Source of the DNA: an uncultured bacterium
GTDB lineage: Bacteria > Eisenbacteria > RBG-16-71-46 > JABDJR01 > JAWXBZ01
Direction of reading: 5' to 3'
Length of the DNA: 64,000 bases
Assembly (NCBI GenBank): GCA_964596775.1
Contig: CAZQVN010000012.1
Coordinates: 19,023 to 83,022, forward strand
The translations under genes were made by a program, and so were the position numbers. Positions 28,394-36,450 of the stretch are shown here, in pieces (the stretch's first letter is position 1; every line of letters begins with the position of its first letter). The notes beneath the pieces are model-generated. The model was not told the origin of the DNA and did no database searches. It was given only the letters and a program-made list of their open reading frames with translations.

Positions 28394-28747
28394 CTATTCT
28401 CCTCCTCTTCCGAAACTGCCGACGACGGCCTCCTCGTCTGTATACGACTCGAAGACCGTACTCAGTTTGGTCACCTGGAGAATCTGTTCGATCCGGCGGG
28501 ACACGTTGAGAAGCTTGAGCCCGCCGCCGTTCTCCTTGAGCGATGTGTAGGCGGCGATCAGGAGACCGAGCCCCGAACTGTTGACCCAGGCCACGCCGGA
28601 CAGATCCACGACCACGTGCACCTGTCCCTGCCCGATCAGGTTCTTGATTTCCCGGGGGAAGTGGTCGGAATCGGGGCCGCCCATCAACCGGCCCCCGAGC
28701 TCCAGGATGGCCACTGTGCCGCGATCGCGGCGCGTTACTTTCAGCAT
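28394..28747 (-). CDS. STAS-domain anti-sigma factor antagonist (SpoIIAA/RsbV-like)
   Basis: 117 aa. ...VDLSGVAWVNSSGLGLLIAAY... carries the conserved phosphorylatable Ser context of STAS antagonists. Paired with the downstream kinase. Confidence 0.75.
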   Translation of the reverse strand: MLKVTRRDRGTVAILELGGRLMGGPDSDHFPREIKNLIGQGQVHVVVDLSGVAWVNSSGLGLLIAAYTSLKENGGGLKLLNVSRRIEQILQVTKLSTVFESYTDEEAVVGSFGRGGE

Positions 28748-28767
28748 CGAATCCGAACTCCTCTTTA

Positions 28768-29724
28768 TCAGGGCGACTCGAAAACCGCGTCCAGGAGCCG
28801 CTGCATGTCGGCCGGCGGAGGGGCGGTCAGATCCATGAATTCCCCCGTGACCGGATGATCGAACGTCAGGCGGGTGGCGTGCAAGGCCTGCCGGCGGATC
28901 AGGGACAACCAGTGTTTTGCCCGGGCCTTGTCCTCACCGACGAGTCCGGCCTGCCGCGACCGCCCGCCGTAGTCCGGATCCCCGAAAACGGGATGCCCCC
29001 GGTGCCGCCAGTGTACCCGGATCTGGTGCGTCCGTCCCGTGTCCAGTTCCAGGTCGAGCAGGGTGACCAGTCCGTGACGCCGCCGCACCCGGAAGCGCGT
29101 GCGCGCGGTCCGCCCCCCCTTGCGCACCACGGTCATCTTTCTCCGGTCCGACCGGCTGCGGGCGATGTCCCCCTCGATTTCGCCGGACTCCTCGCCGACC
29201 TCCCCCCAGACGAGCGCCACGTAGTGCCGGTGGATCTCGCGGGCCGCGATCGCTTTCTGGAGCGCCCGGAAGGCGACGTCCGTCCGGGCCACGATGAGCA
29301 GGCCCGAGGTGCTGCGATCCAGCCGGTGGATGATGCCGGGGCGGTCCGGCCCCCCGAGCGGCGCGAGCGAGATCCGGAGCCCCTTCAGCGCCGACACGAG
29401 CGTGCCGCTCCGGACCCCGGCCCCCGGATGAACGACGAGGCCGGGCGGCTTGTCCACGACGACGAGATCGTCGTCCCGGTACACGATCGGCACCGGGATG
29501 TCCTCGGCCTCCGGTCCGCGATCCGGGTCCGCTTCCGGGATCTCCCAGGCGACTTCGTCCCCTTCGCGGAGAGCGTGCCCGGCCCGGGCCACCGCACCGT
29601 TGACCGTCACCTTGTCCAGGTCGATCCACTTGCGGATCTGGGATCGGGTGACCGGCTCCAGTTCCTCGGCGAGGCGGACGTCGAGACGCCGGCCCGCGTC
29701 AGCCCGGCTCGCCAGGAAGCGCAT
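28768..29724 (-). CDS. rluD: RluA/RluD family 23S rRNA pseudouridine synthase
   Basis: N-terminal S4-like region. Catalytic motif HRLDRSTSGLLIVART. The track start overlaps the lspA 3' end by 26 nt; the true start may be slightly downstream. Confidence 0.8.
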   Translation of the reverse strand: MRFLASRADAGRRLDVRLAEELEPVTRSQIRKWIDLDKVTVNGAVARAGHALREGDEVAWEIPEADPDRGPEAEDIPVPIVYRDDDLVVVDKPPGLVVHPGAGVRSGTLVSALKGLRISLAPLGGPDRPGIIHRLDRSTSGLLIVARTDVAFRALQKAIAAREIHRHYVALVWGEVGEESGEIEGDIARSRSDRRKMTVVRKGGRTARTRFRVRRRHGLVTLLDLELDTGRTHQIRVHWRHRGHPVFGDPDYGGRSRQAGLVGEDKARAKHWLSLIRRQALHATRLTFDHPVTGEFMDLTAPPPADMQRLLDAVFESP

Positions 29725-30238
29725 TGTCGCGGGGCTCCTCTTCCCGGGGAAGCGGCGGCCCGGATCCGTCCTCCGGTGCGGGCGAATCCTCCTGCCCCTT
29801 GAAGTAGACGCCGAACGCCAGGATGGCCACGCCGATCGTCACCGCCGAATCGGCCACGTTGAAGACCGGCCAGCGCGGGCCGCCGGGAATGCCGACGTTG
29901 ATGAAATCGGTAACGCGGCCGACGAGGACCCGGTCGATCAGGTTGCCGATGGCGCCGCCGAGGATCAGGGCCAGGGGGAGGATCTTCGCACGGTCCCCGC
30001 GGGTCCGCACGGCCATGACGACGACGATGATCGAAGCCAGGATGGAGATGACGATCAGGGGGAGAATGCTGCCGGGAAACAGGCCGAACGCCGCCCCGGG
30101 GTTCTTGATGTGCGTGAGCATGACCCACTCGCCGAGAACGTGGATGTCGTGCCCGAGATCCATCGTCATGATGACGACATACTTCGTCAGGTGGTCCAGG
30201 GCGACGACGAGAACCGCGATCAGCAGGAAGAAGATCAC
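29699..30238 (-). CDS. lspA: Lipoprotein signal peptidase II
   Basis: Four TM segments. Conserved NLIDR and FNVADSAVTIG motifs of LspA. Confidence 0.85.
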   Translation of the reverse strand: MIFFLLIAVLVVALDHLTKYVVIMTMDLGHDIHVLGEWVMLTHIKNPGAAFGLFPGSILPLIVISILASIIVVVMAVRTRGDRAKILPLALILGGAIGNLIDRVLVGRVTDFINVGIPGGPRWPVFNVADSAVTIGVAILAFGVYFKGQEDSPAPEDGSGPPLPREEEPRDNALPGEPG

Positions 30239-30242
30239 CGGA

Positions 30243-30623
30243 TTATCGCCGCCCGGCCTTCTCTTGCTTCTCCTTGCAGGTCAGGCAGAAGGTCGTGTAG
30301 GGAACGGCCTCCAGCCGCTTCCGCGCTATGTCCCCGCCGCAGGCCTCGCATTTTCCGAACTCCCCCAGGAACAGGCGCCTCAGCGCCTCGTAGACTTCGA
30401 TCAACTGCCGGCCTTCCGTGGAGGCGGCCAGGAACGCCTTCTCGCGCTCCATGGAATCCGTTCCCTGGTCGGCCATGTGAAAGGAGTACGACGAGAGATC
30501 CCCGGTGGAGTCCTTGAGGCTCTTGTTGAGAATCGTGTCGTCGAGGTGCTTGAGTTCCTTGACCAGACGGGCGCGCTCTTCCTGAAGACGCGCTTCGAAG
30601 AATTCCAGGTCCTTCTTCTTCAC
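30243..30623 (-). CDS. DksA/TraR family C4 zinc-finger protein (YlyA-like)
   Basis: Coiled-coil N-terminus plus CEACGGDIARKRLEAVPYTTFCLTC zinc finger. It sits between ileS and lspA, as B. subtilis ylyA does. Confidence 0.75.
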   Translation of the reverse strand: MKKKDLEFFEARLQEERARLVKELKHLDDTILNKSLKDSTGDLSSYSFHMADQGTDSMEREKAFLAASTEGRQLIEVYEALRRLFLGEFGKCEACGGDIARKRLEAVPYTTFCLTCKEKQEKAGRR

Positions 30624-33600
30624 GAACGAGCCTCCTCCGCCGCTCTGGCGATGGACACCGCGAACGACTGCCCGTCGATCTCCCAGGCAGCCTGGAATGA
30701 GCCGCTTTCCGCCGCCCTCCCGGTCAGGGTCAGCGCCAGTGTTTCGGCGCGGACCAGGTCCGCGTGGGCGAGAAGAGCCTCACCCAGAGCCTGCGAAGCA
30801 TCGTATTCTACATGAATCCGGTCGGTGACGGCGAGTCCCTGGTCCTTGCGCAGCCCCTGCAGCCGGTGGACGAGTTCGCGGATCCGCCCCTCCGCGACGA
30901 GGGCTTCCGTGACCTCCGTGTCGAGGCCGATGGTCACGGCTCCCTGCTCCCCGGTGACGAGCCCGGACCGGGGTTTCCGCTCCACGTCGACCATCTCCGG
31001 CGTGACCGACGCCGGCCTGCCGTCGATCACGATCGTGACCGGCTCCCCGCGGGTCAGCGGGGCCGCCTCTTCCGGGGCGAGCGCCTTGATGGCTCCCGCC
31101 GCCTGGTTGACCGCCTTGCCGAATCCCGGGCCGAGGGCCTTGAAATTCGGCTTGACCATGAGGTCGAACAGCTCGGCCTGGTCCGCGCGGATCACCGACT
31201 TGACGTTCAGCTCGTCGGCGATCAGCTCGGCGAGTTCGCCGACCGCGCGATCCGCGGAGGCGCCGCCTCCGCAGACGAGGAGACGGGCCAGCGGCTGGCG
31301 CACCTTGAGGCCGGCGAGGTTCCGGGCGGCGCGTGCGGCTTCCACGATGTCCATGGCGGAGCGCATGGCCGCCTCCAGCGGCTCGTCCCTCCGGCCGGCC
31401 GGCGGCTTCGGAAAGTCCGTCCAGTGGACGCTGGCCGGGGCATCGGGGCGGGCCGGGCGGACGATCTTGCCGTGGATCTCCTCGGCGATGAACGGGGTGA
31501 ACGGGGCGATGAGCCCGCAGAGCACCGTGAGCGTTTCGTGAAGCGTGGCGTAGGCGCCGTTCTTGTCCGCCCCCGTTTCCCCCTTCCAGAACCGCCGCCG
31601 GTTCCGGCGGACGTACCAGTTGGACAGGTCGTCGAGGACGAAGTCCTGGATGGCCCGCGAGGCCCGCGTGACGTCGTACTGATCGAGGTCCCTGGCCACC
31701 TTCTCGGTGAGACCGTCGAGGCGGCTGATCAGCCAGCGGTCGATCAGCGGACGTCCGGCCACCGGCGGAGATTCGGCCGGCGTTCCGGACCAGCCGTCGA
31801 CGTTCGCGTACACGGCGAAGAACGAGGACACGTTGCGGAGCGTGGCCAGGAACTTGCGGGCCACCTCGGTCACGCCGTCCCTGCCGAAGCGCGTGTGGAC
31901 CCACGGGGGCGAATTGACGATCAGGTACCAGCGGACGGCGTCGGCGCCCACGCCGTTCACGAGCTCCCAGGGGTCGACCGTGTTCCCCTTGTGCTTGGAC
32001 ATCTTGGCCCCCGTGGCGTCGAGCACGAGGCCGTTGACGACGCAGCTCTTGTAGGACGACTCGTCCATGATGCAGGCGGAGATGGCCAGCAGCGAGTAGA
32101 ACCAGCCGCGGCACTGGTCGACGCCTTCCGAAATGAAATCGGCCGGGAAGAGCGACCGGAACCGCTCCCTGTTCTCGAACGGGTAGTGCCACTGCGCGAA
32201 CGGCATGGCCCCGGAGTCGAACCAGACGTCGATGACCTCGGGCACGCGCGACATCGGCTGCCCGCATTTTTCGCACGGGAACTGGATCCGGTCGACGTAG
32301 GGGCGGTGCAGGTCGAGATCCTCCGGCAGGTCGGCGCCCCTCTCCGCGAGATCGGCGCGGCTTTCCACCATCGTCGTGTGGGCGCAGCCGCCGCAGCGCC
32401 AGACCGGCAGCGGCGTGCCCCAGTAGCGGTCGCGGGAGATGGCCCAGTCGATGTTGTTCTCGAGCCAGTTGCCGAAACGGTTTTCGCCGACTTCCGGCGG
32501 CACCCAGCGGATCGACCGGTTCAGTTCGACCATCCGGTCGCGGAACGCGGTGGTCCTGAGATACCAGGAGTCGCGCGCGTAGTAGATGAGCGGCGAGTCG
32601 CAGCGCCAGCAGAACGGGTAGCTGTGGGTGATCGTCCCCGCCGTGTACAGCGCGCCGCTCTCGCGGAGGCGGTCGACGATCAGCGGGTCGGCCGTCTTGA
32701 CGAAGACGCCCAAGTAGTCGGACACGTCCCCGGTGAACGCGCCGCTGCGGTCGACCGGGCGGATCACCGGCAGATCGTGGGCCCGGCCGAGCTGGTAGTC
32801 GTCCTCGCCGAACGCGGGCGCGGAGTGAACGATGCCGGTGCCGTCCTCCATGGACACGTAGTCGGCGGTGAGGACGCGGAACGCGTTCTCTTCCGCGGCG
32901 AAGTACGGGAACAGCGGCCGGTACTTCCTCTCGTTGAGTTCCGAGCCGGGAAACTCCGCCTCGACTTCGCAGGGGCCGTACAGGGCGGACAGCCGCGCCT
33001 TGGCCAGGATCAGTTTCTGCCCGGCGTCGTGCCCCCTGTCCTCCTTCGGATTCCCGTCCTTGTCCAGCCGCGGCTTGAGCGCCACCCGGACGTACGTTTC
33101 CTTCGGGTGGACGGCCAGCGCCACGTTGGAGATGAGCGTCCACGGCGTCGTGGTCCAGGCCAGGAAGAACGTGCCGGGTTCGTCGACGCTCTCGAACTTG
33201 ACGAAGACGGACGGGTCTTCCGTGTCGGCGTAGCCCTGGCTGACCTCGTGGCTCGACAGCGGCGTCTCGCAGCGTGGACAGTACGGAAGGATCTTGAACC
33301 CCTCGTACACGAGCCCCTTCTTCCAGAACTGGTTGAGGCACCACCAGACGCTCTCGATGTAGTCGTTCTCGAGCGTCACGTAGGGGTGTTCGAGATCCAG
33401 CCAGAAGCCGATGCGCGCCGTGATCCGCTCCCACTCGTCCTTGTACGTGAACACGGACTCCCGGCACATCGCGTTGAACTTCTCGAGACCGTAGGCCTCG
33501 ATCTGCTCCTTCCCCTGGATGCCGAGCTTCTTCTCGACCTCGAGTTCCACGGGAAGGCCGTGGGTGTCCCAGCCGCTCTTCCGGTTGACGAGGCGGCCGT

Positions 33601-33829
33601 TCATGGCCTGGTAGCGGCAGACCATGTCCTTGACGGTGCGCCCGAGCACATGGTGGATGCCGGGGCGGCCGTTGGCCGTGGGGGGGCCTTCGTAGAAGAT
33701 GAACGGCGGCGCGTCCCTGCGGATTTCGAGCTGGCGCGCGAAGACGTCCTGCTCCTTCCAGAAGGCGAGCGTCTTTTCCTCCTCTTCGGCGAGGAGGATC
33801 GATTTCGAGAAGTCGATGAATCGGCTCAC
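30620..33829 (-). CDS. ileS: Isoleucine--tRNA ligase
   Basis: Class I aaRS HIGH motif (PTANGRPGIHHVLGRT) and KMSKS motif (KMSKHKGN). Editing (CP1) and anticodon-binding regions are recognisable. 1069 aa. Confidence 0.95.
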   Translation of the reverse strand: MSRFIDFSKSILLAEEEEKTLAFWKEQDVFARQLEIRRDAPPFIFYEGPPTANGRPGIHHVLGRTVKDMVCRYQAMNGRLVNRKSGWDTHGLPVELEVEKKLGIQGKEQIEAYGLEKFNAMCRESVFTYKDEWERITARIGFWLDLEHPYVTLENDYIESVWWCLNQFWKKGLVYEGFKILPYCPRCETPLSSHEVSQGYADTEDPSVFVKFESVDEPGTFFLAWTTTPWTLISNVALAVHPKETYVRVALKPRLDKDGNPKEDRGHDAGQKLILAKARLSALYGPCEVEAEFPGSELNERKYRPLFPYFAAEENAFRVLTADYVSMEDGTGIVHSAPAFGEDDYQLGRAHDLPVIRPVDRSGAFTGDVSDYLGVFVKTADPLIVDRLRESGALYTAGTITHSYPFCWRCDSPLIYYARDSWYLRTTAFRDRMVELNRSIRWVPPEVGENRFGNWLENNIDWAISRDRYWGTPLPVWRCGGCAHTTMVESRADLAERGADLPEDLDLHRPYVDRIQFPCEKCGQPMSRVPEVIDVWFDSGAMPFAQWHYPFENRERFRSLFPADFISEGVDQCRGWFYSLLAISACIMDESSYKSCVVNGLVLDATGAKMSKHKGNTVDPWELVNGVGADAVRWYLIVNSPPWVHTRFGRDGVTEVARKFLATLRNVSSFFAVYANVDGWSGTPAESPPVAGRPLIDRWLISRLDGLTEKVARDLDQYDVTRASRAIQDFVLDDLSNWYVRRNRRRFWKGETGADKNGAYATLHETLTVLCGLIAPFTPFIAEEIHGKIVRPARPDAPASVHWTDFPKPPAGRRDEPLEAAMRSAMDIVEAARAARNLAGLKVRQPLARLLVCGGGASADRAVGELAELIADELNVKSVIRADQAELFDLMVKPNFKALGPGFGKAVNQAAGAIKALAPEEAAPLTRGEPVTIVIDGRPASVTPEMVDVERKPRSGLVTGEQGAVTIGLDTEVTEALVAEGRIRELVHRLQGLRKDQGLAVTDRIHVEYDASQALGEALLAHADLVRAETLALTLTGRAAESGSFQAAWEIDGQSFAVSIARAAEEARS

Positions 33830-33850
33830 GGCTGGCGGACTCCCGGAGGT

Positions 33851-34690
33851 CTAGAGTTTTTCGAGGACCCGCTCCACGAGGCGCTTCAGGACCGGCTCGG
33901 TCCGGGCGGCCGTGGCCAGGATCTTTTCGATGTCCACGGGCTCGAGGGCATCGGGCAGGCAGGAGTCGGTGACGACGGAAAATGCGAGAACCTTCATGCC
34001 GCCGTGCACGGCCACGATGTTTTCGGGGATGAGGCTCATGCCGACGACGTCGCCCCCGATCTGGCGCAGGAACCGGTACTCGGCGCGCGTTTCGAGATTC
34101 GGCCCGGCCACGGCCACGAACACGCCCTTGTGGAGCTTTATCCTTTCATCGAGCGCCACCTTTTCGGCGGTGGCGATCAATGCCCGGTCGTACGGCTCGC
34201 TCATGTCGGGAAAGCGCGGCCCGAGTTCCTCGTCGTTCGGACCGATGAGCGGGTTGTCCCCCATGAGATTGATGTGATCGTGGATCACCACGATGTCGCC
34301 GGCGTCGTAGATCGGGTTCATGCCGCCCACGGCGTTGCTGGCGAGAAGGACTTCGGCGCCGAGCGCCCGCATCACCCGGATCGGGAACGTGACCTGGGCC
34401 ATCGTGTAGCCCTCGTAGTAGTGCACGCGCCCGTTCATGGCCACGACCGGCTTGCCGGAGAGCGTTCCGAGGATGAGTTCGCCGGAGTGGGAGACGACCG
34501 TCGACTTCGGGAAGTTCGGGATCTCGCCGTACGGAATGCGCACCGCGTCCCGGATGGCCCCGGAGGCATCCCCGAGCCCGGTGCCCAGGATGAGGCCGAA
34601 ACGGGGAGCGATCTTCGACTTCCCGCGGATGAACTGGACGGCCTCTTCGATCTGACGGCGCAAGTCGGACGACACGGTTTCCCCTTTCAC
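33851..34690 (-). CDS. Purine nucleoside phosphorylase (PNP/MTAP family, PunA-type)
   Basis: ...RFGLILGTGLG..., ...VSHSGELILG..., ...VAMNGRVHYYEGY..., ...GMSLIPENIVAVHGGM... match trimeric PNP. Confidence 0.85.
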   Translation of the reverse strand: MKGETVSSDLRRQIEEAVQFIRGKSKIAPRFGLILGTGLGDASGAIRDAVRIPYGEIPNFPKSTVVSHSGELILGTLSGKPVVAMNGRVHYYEGYTMAQVTFPIRVMRALGAEVLLASNAVGGMNPIYDAGDIVVIHDHINLMGDNPLIGPNDEELGPRFPDMSEPYDRALIATAEKVALDERIKLHKGVFVAVAGPNLETRAEYRFLRQIGGDVVGMSLIPENIVAVHGGMKVLAFSVVTDSCLPDALEPVDIEKILATAARTEPVLKRLVERVLEKL

Positions 34691-34971
34691 GAATCCAGGG
34701 CCTGTTCGACACGGGCCCTGGTGACGGCTTCTATTTCAACGGTCTTCGCCCGGCCGGTCCGGCCGGACACGACATGAATGCACGATCTGGGACACTTCAA
34801 TATCCGCGACAACCAGATGATCAGGGCATCGTTGGCCGCGCCTTCGACGGGGGGAGCGGCCACGCGCACCCTGAGACGCCCTTCCGGATCGAATCCCACC
34901 GCTTCCGTGCGGGAAGCGCGCGGCGTGACCCGGATGCGGAGTCGGACTCCCGAAGCGGTTTCCTCGATCAA
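34687..34971 (-). CDS. DUF167 (YggU-like) family protein
   Basis: 94 aa. ...RVAAPPVEGAANDALIIWLSRILKCPRSCIHVVSGRTGRAKTVEI is the conserved YggU core. 4-nt overlaps on both sides. Confidence 0.7.
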   Translation of the reverse strand: MIEETASGVRLRIRVTPRASRTEAVGFDPEGRLRVRVAAPPVEGAANDALIIWLSRILKCPRSCIHVVSGRTGRAKTVEIEAVTRARVEQALDS

Positions 34972-35546
34972 TCGTCTCCGGACACGGAGTGCACCGGTTC
35001 CGGCACGGATGCCAGGTTCGACGACGGCTTCTCGAAAGGCATGATCCGCGACGGCGCGTTTCCGCGGCTCGTGGAGTGCGCCTCGAGGATCGCCTTCTGG
35101 TCCTCGATGAGCGTCCGGAACTTGGCCAGCGTGTAGTTCCTCTGGCTTTCCAGCGCTTCCAGTTCCAGGATCAGCGACCGCCGCCGCGTTTCCGCGTCGG
35201 AGAGAATCTGGCGCCCCTTGCCTTCCGCCTCCCCGACGATGTTCCTGGCCTTCAGTTCCGCCTCCTGGACCATCGCTTCGGCCCGTCTCTGGGCGGAATC
35301 GCTGGCCTCCGTCGACATCTTCTCGGCCATCACGAAGGCGTCGCGGAGAGACTTTTCGATCTCCTTGAACTCCGCCAGCTGGGCCTCGAGAGCGACGATC
35401 CGCTCCGCGGTCTGCGTCTTCTCGTTGATCAGTGCCTCCACGTCGTCGGCAATGAGGTCGAGAAACGTGTCCACTTCCTCCGGGTCATAGCCCCGGAAGC
35501 GCTGCGGGAATTCCTGTCTACGAATGTCGAGCGGAGTCAGTCGCAT
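34968..35546 (-). CDS. divIVA: DivIVA domain cell-division protein
   Basis: ATG 35546 (GGGAG 9 nt upstream). MRLTPLDIRRQEFPQRFRGYDPEEVDTFLD is the canonical DivIVA N-terminus, followed by coiled-coil. Confidence 0.8.
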   Translation of the reverse strand: MRLTPLDIRRQEFPQRFRGYDPEEVDTFLDLIADDVEALINEKTQTAERIVALEAQLAEFKEIEKSLRDAFVMAEKMSTEASDSAQRRAEAMVQEAELKARNIVGEAEGKGRQILSDAETRRRSLILELEALESQRNYTLAKFRTLIEDQKAILEAHSTSRGNAPSRIMPFEKPSSNLASVPEPVHSVSGDD

Positions 35547-35682
35547 TATGGTGTCTCCCAAAGAGTTAGGAAAGCACCGCCCCCCCGGGCCGCAAAAAAC
35601 GCGAATCGGGGGTCACTATACGGAGGAACGGGCTTCAAGCGCAAGTGGAGAAAGTGCGGGTAACTCTTTTCAGGGGAAGTCC

Positions 35683-36450
35683 CTATGGATGGCGTTCCCC
35701 GAAGAGGGCCGTGCCGACCCGTATCAGGGTGGCGCCCTCGGCGATGGCGATCTCGAAATCGCCGGTCATTCCCATCGACAGTTCGGGGAGGACCCGGCCG
35801 AGATCCTCTTCGGAGTCGGACTTCAGCCGGACCAGTTCGCGGAACGCCGGGCGCGCGGTTTCCGGATCGTCCGAGAGCGGGCCGATCGTCATGAACCCCC
35901 GGAGATCGAGGTTCGAACAGGCTTCGACCGCCCGGCGGAGGGCCGGTACGTCGGCGGGGTCACAGCCGTTCTTCCGCGCCTCGCGGGAGCAGTTGACCTG
36001 GATCAGGACCGGCTGGACCTTTCCGATCCGTTCCGCGCGGCGGTTCACGTCGCCGGCCAGCGACTCCGAGTCGATGGAATGGATCAGGTCGAACACCTCC
36101 ACGGCCTTGCCCGCCTTGTTGGACTGGAGGTGGCCGATCAGGTGGAAGCGGACGGGCCGGGGCGGTCCGCCGGGCGGTACCGGCCCTGATGAACCGGAGG
36201 AGCCCGGTGCGGCCGGCGCTCCGCCCCCGCCGCGCGCCGCGCGGAGCCGTTCGATCTTGGGGATCGCTTCCTGCACGCGGTTCTCGCCGAACTCCGTGAG
36301 CCCCGCCGCGATCGCCTCCTCGATGGCCTCGACCGGACGCGTCTTGGACACGGCGACCAGGGTGACCGTGGACGGGTCGCGGCCGGCGGCCGCGCAGGCC
36401 GCGGCGATGCGCTCCCGGACGCGGGCGAGGTTTCCCTGGAAGTCGCTCAC
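35683..36450 (-). CDS. YggS/PLPBP family pyridoxal-phosphate homeostasis protein, with Gly/Pro-rich insertion
   Basis: ...LVAVSKTRPVEAIEEA...FGENRVQE...HLIGHLQSNK...SMGMTGDFEIAIAEGATLIRVGTALFG. An unusual ~30-aa insert RAARGGGGAPAAPGSSGSSGPVPPGGPPRP is present. Confidence 0.8.
   Translation of the reverse strand: MSDFQGNLARVRERIAAACAAAGRDPSTVTLVAVSKTRPVEAIEEAIAAGLTEFGENRVQEAIPKIERLRAARGGGGAPAAPGSSGSSGPVPPGGPPRPVRFHLIGHLQSNKAGKAVEVFDLIHSIDSESLAGDVNRRAERIGKVQPVLIQVNCSREARKNGCDPADVPALRRAVEACSNLDLRGFMTIGPLSDDPETARPAFRELVRLKSDSEEDLGRVLPELSMGMTGDFEIAIAEGATLIRVGTALFGERHP

Noticed and set aside
30764-34777. 1337-aa plus-strand ORF
   Set aside because: Antisense of ileS, which has HIGH and KMSKS motifs, and of the PNP gene.
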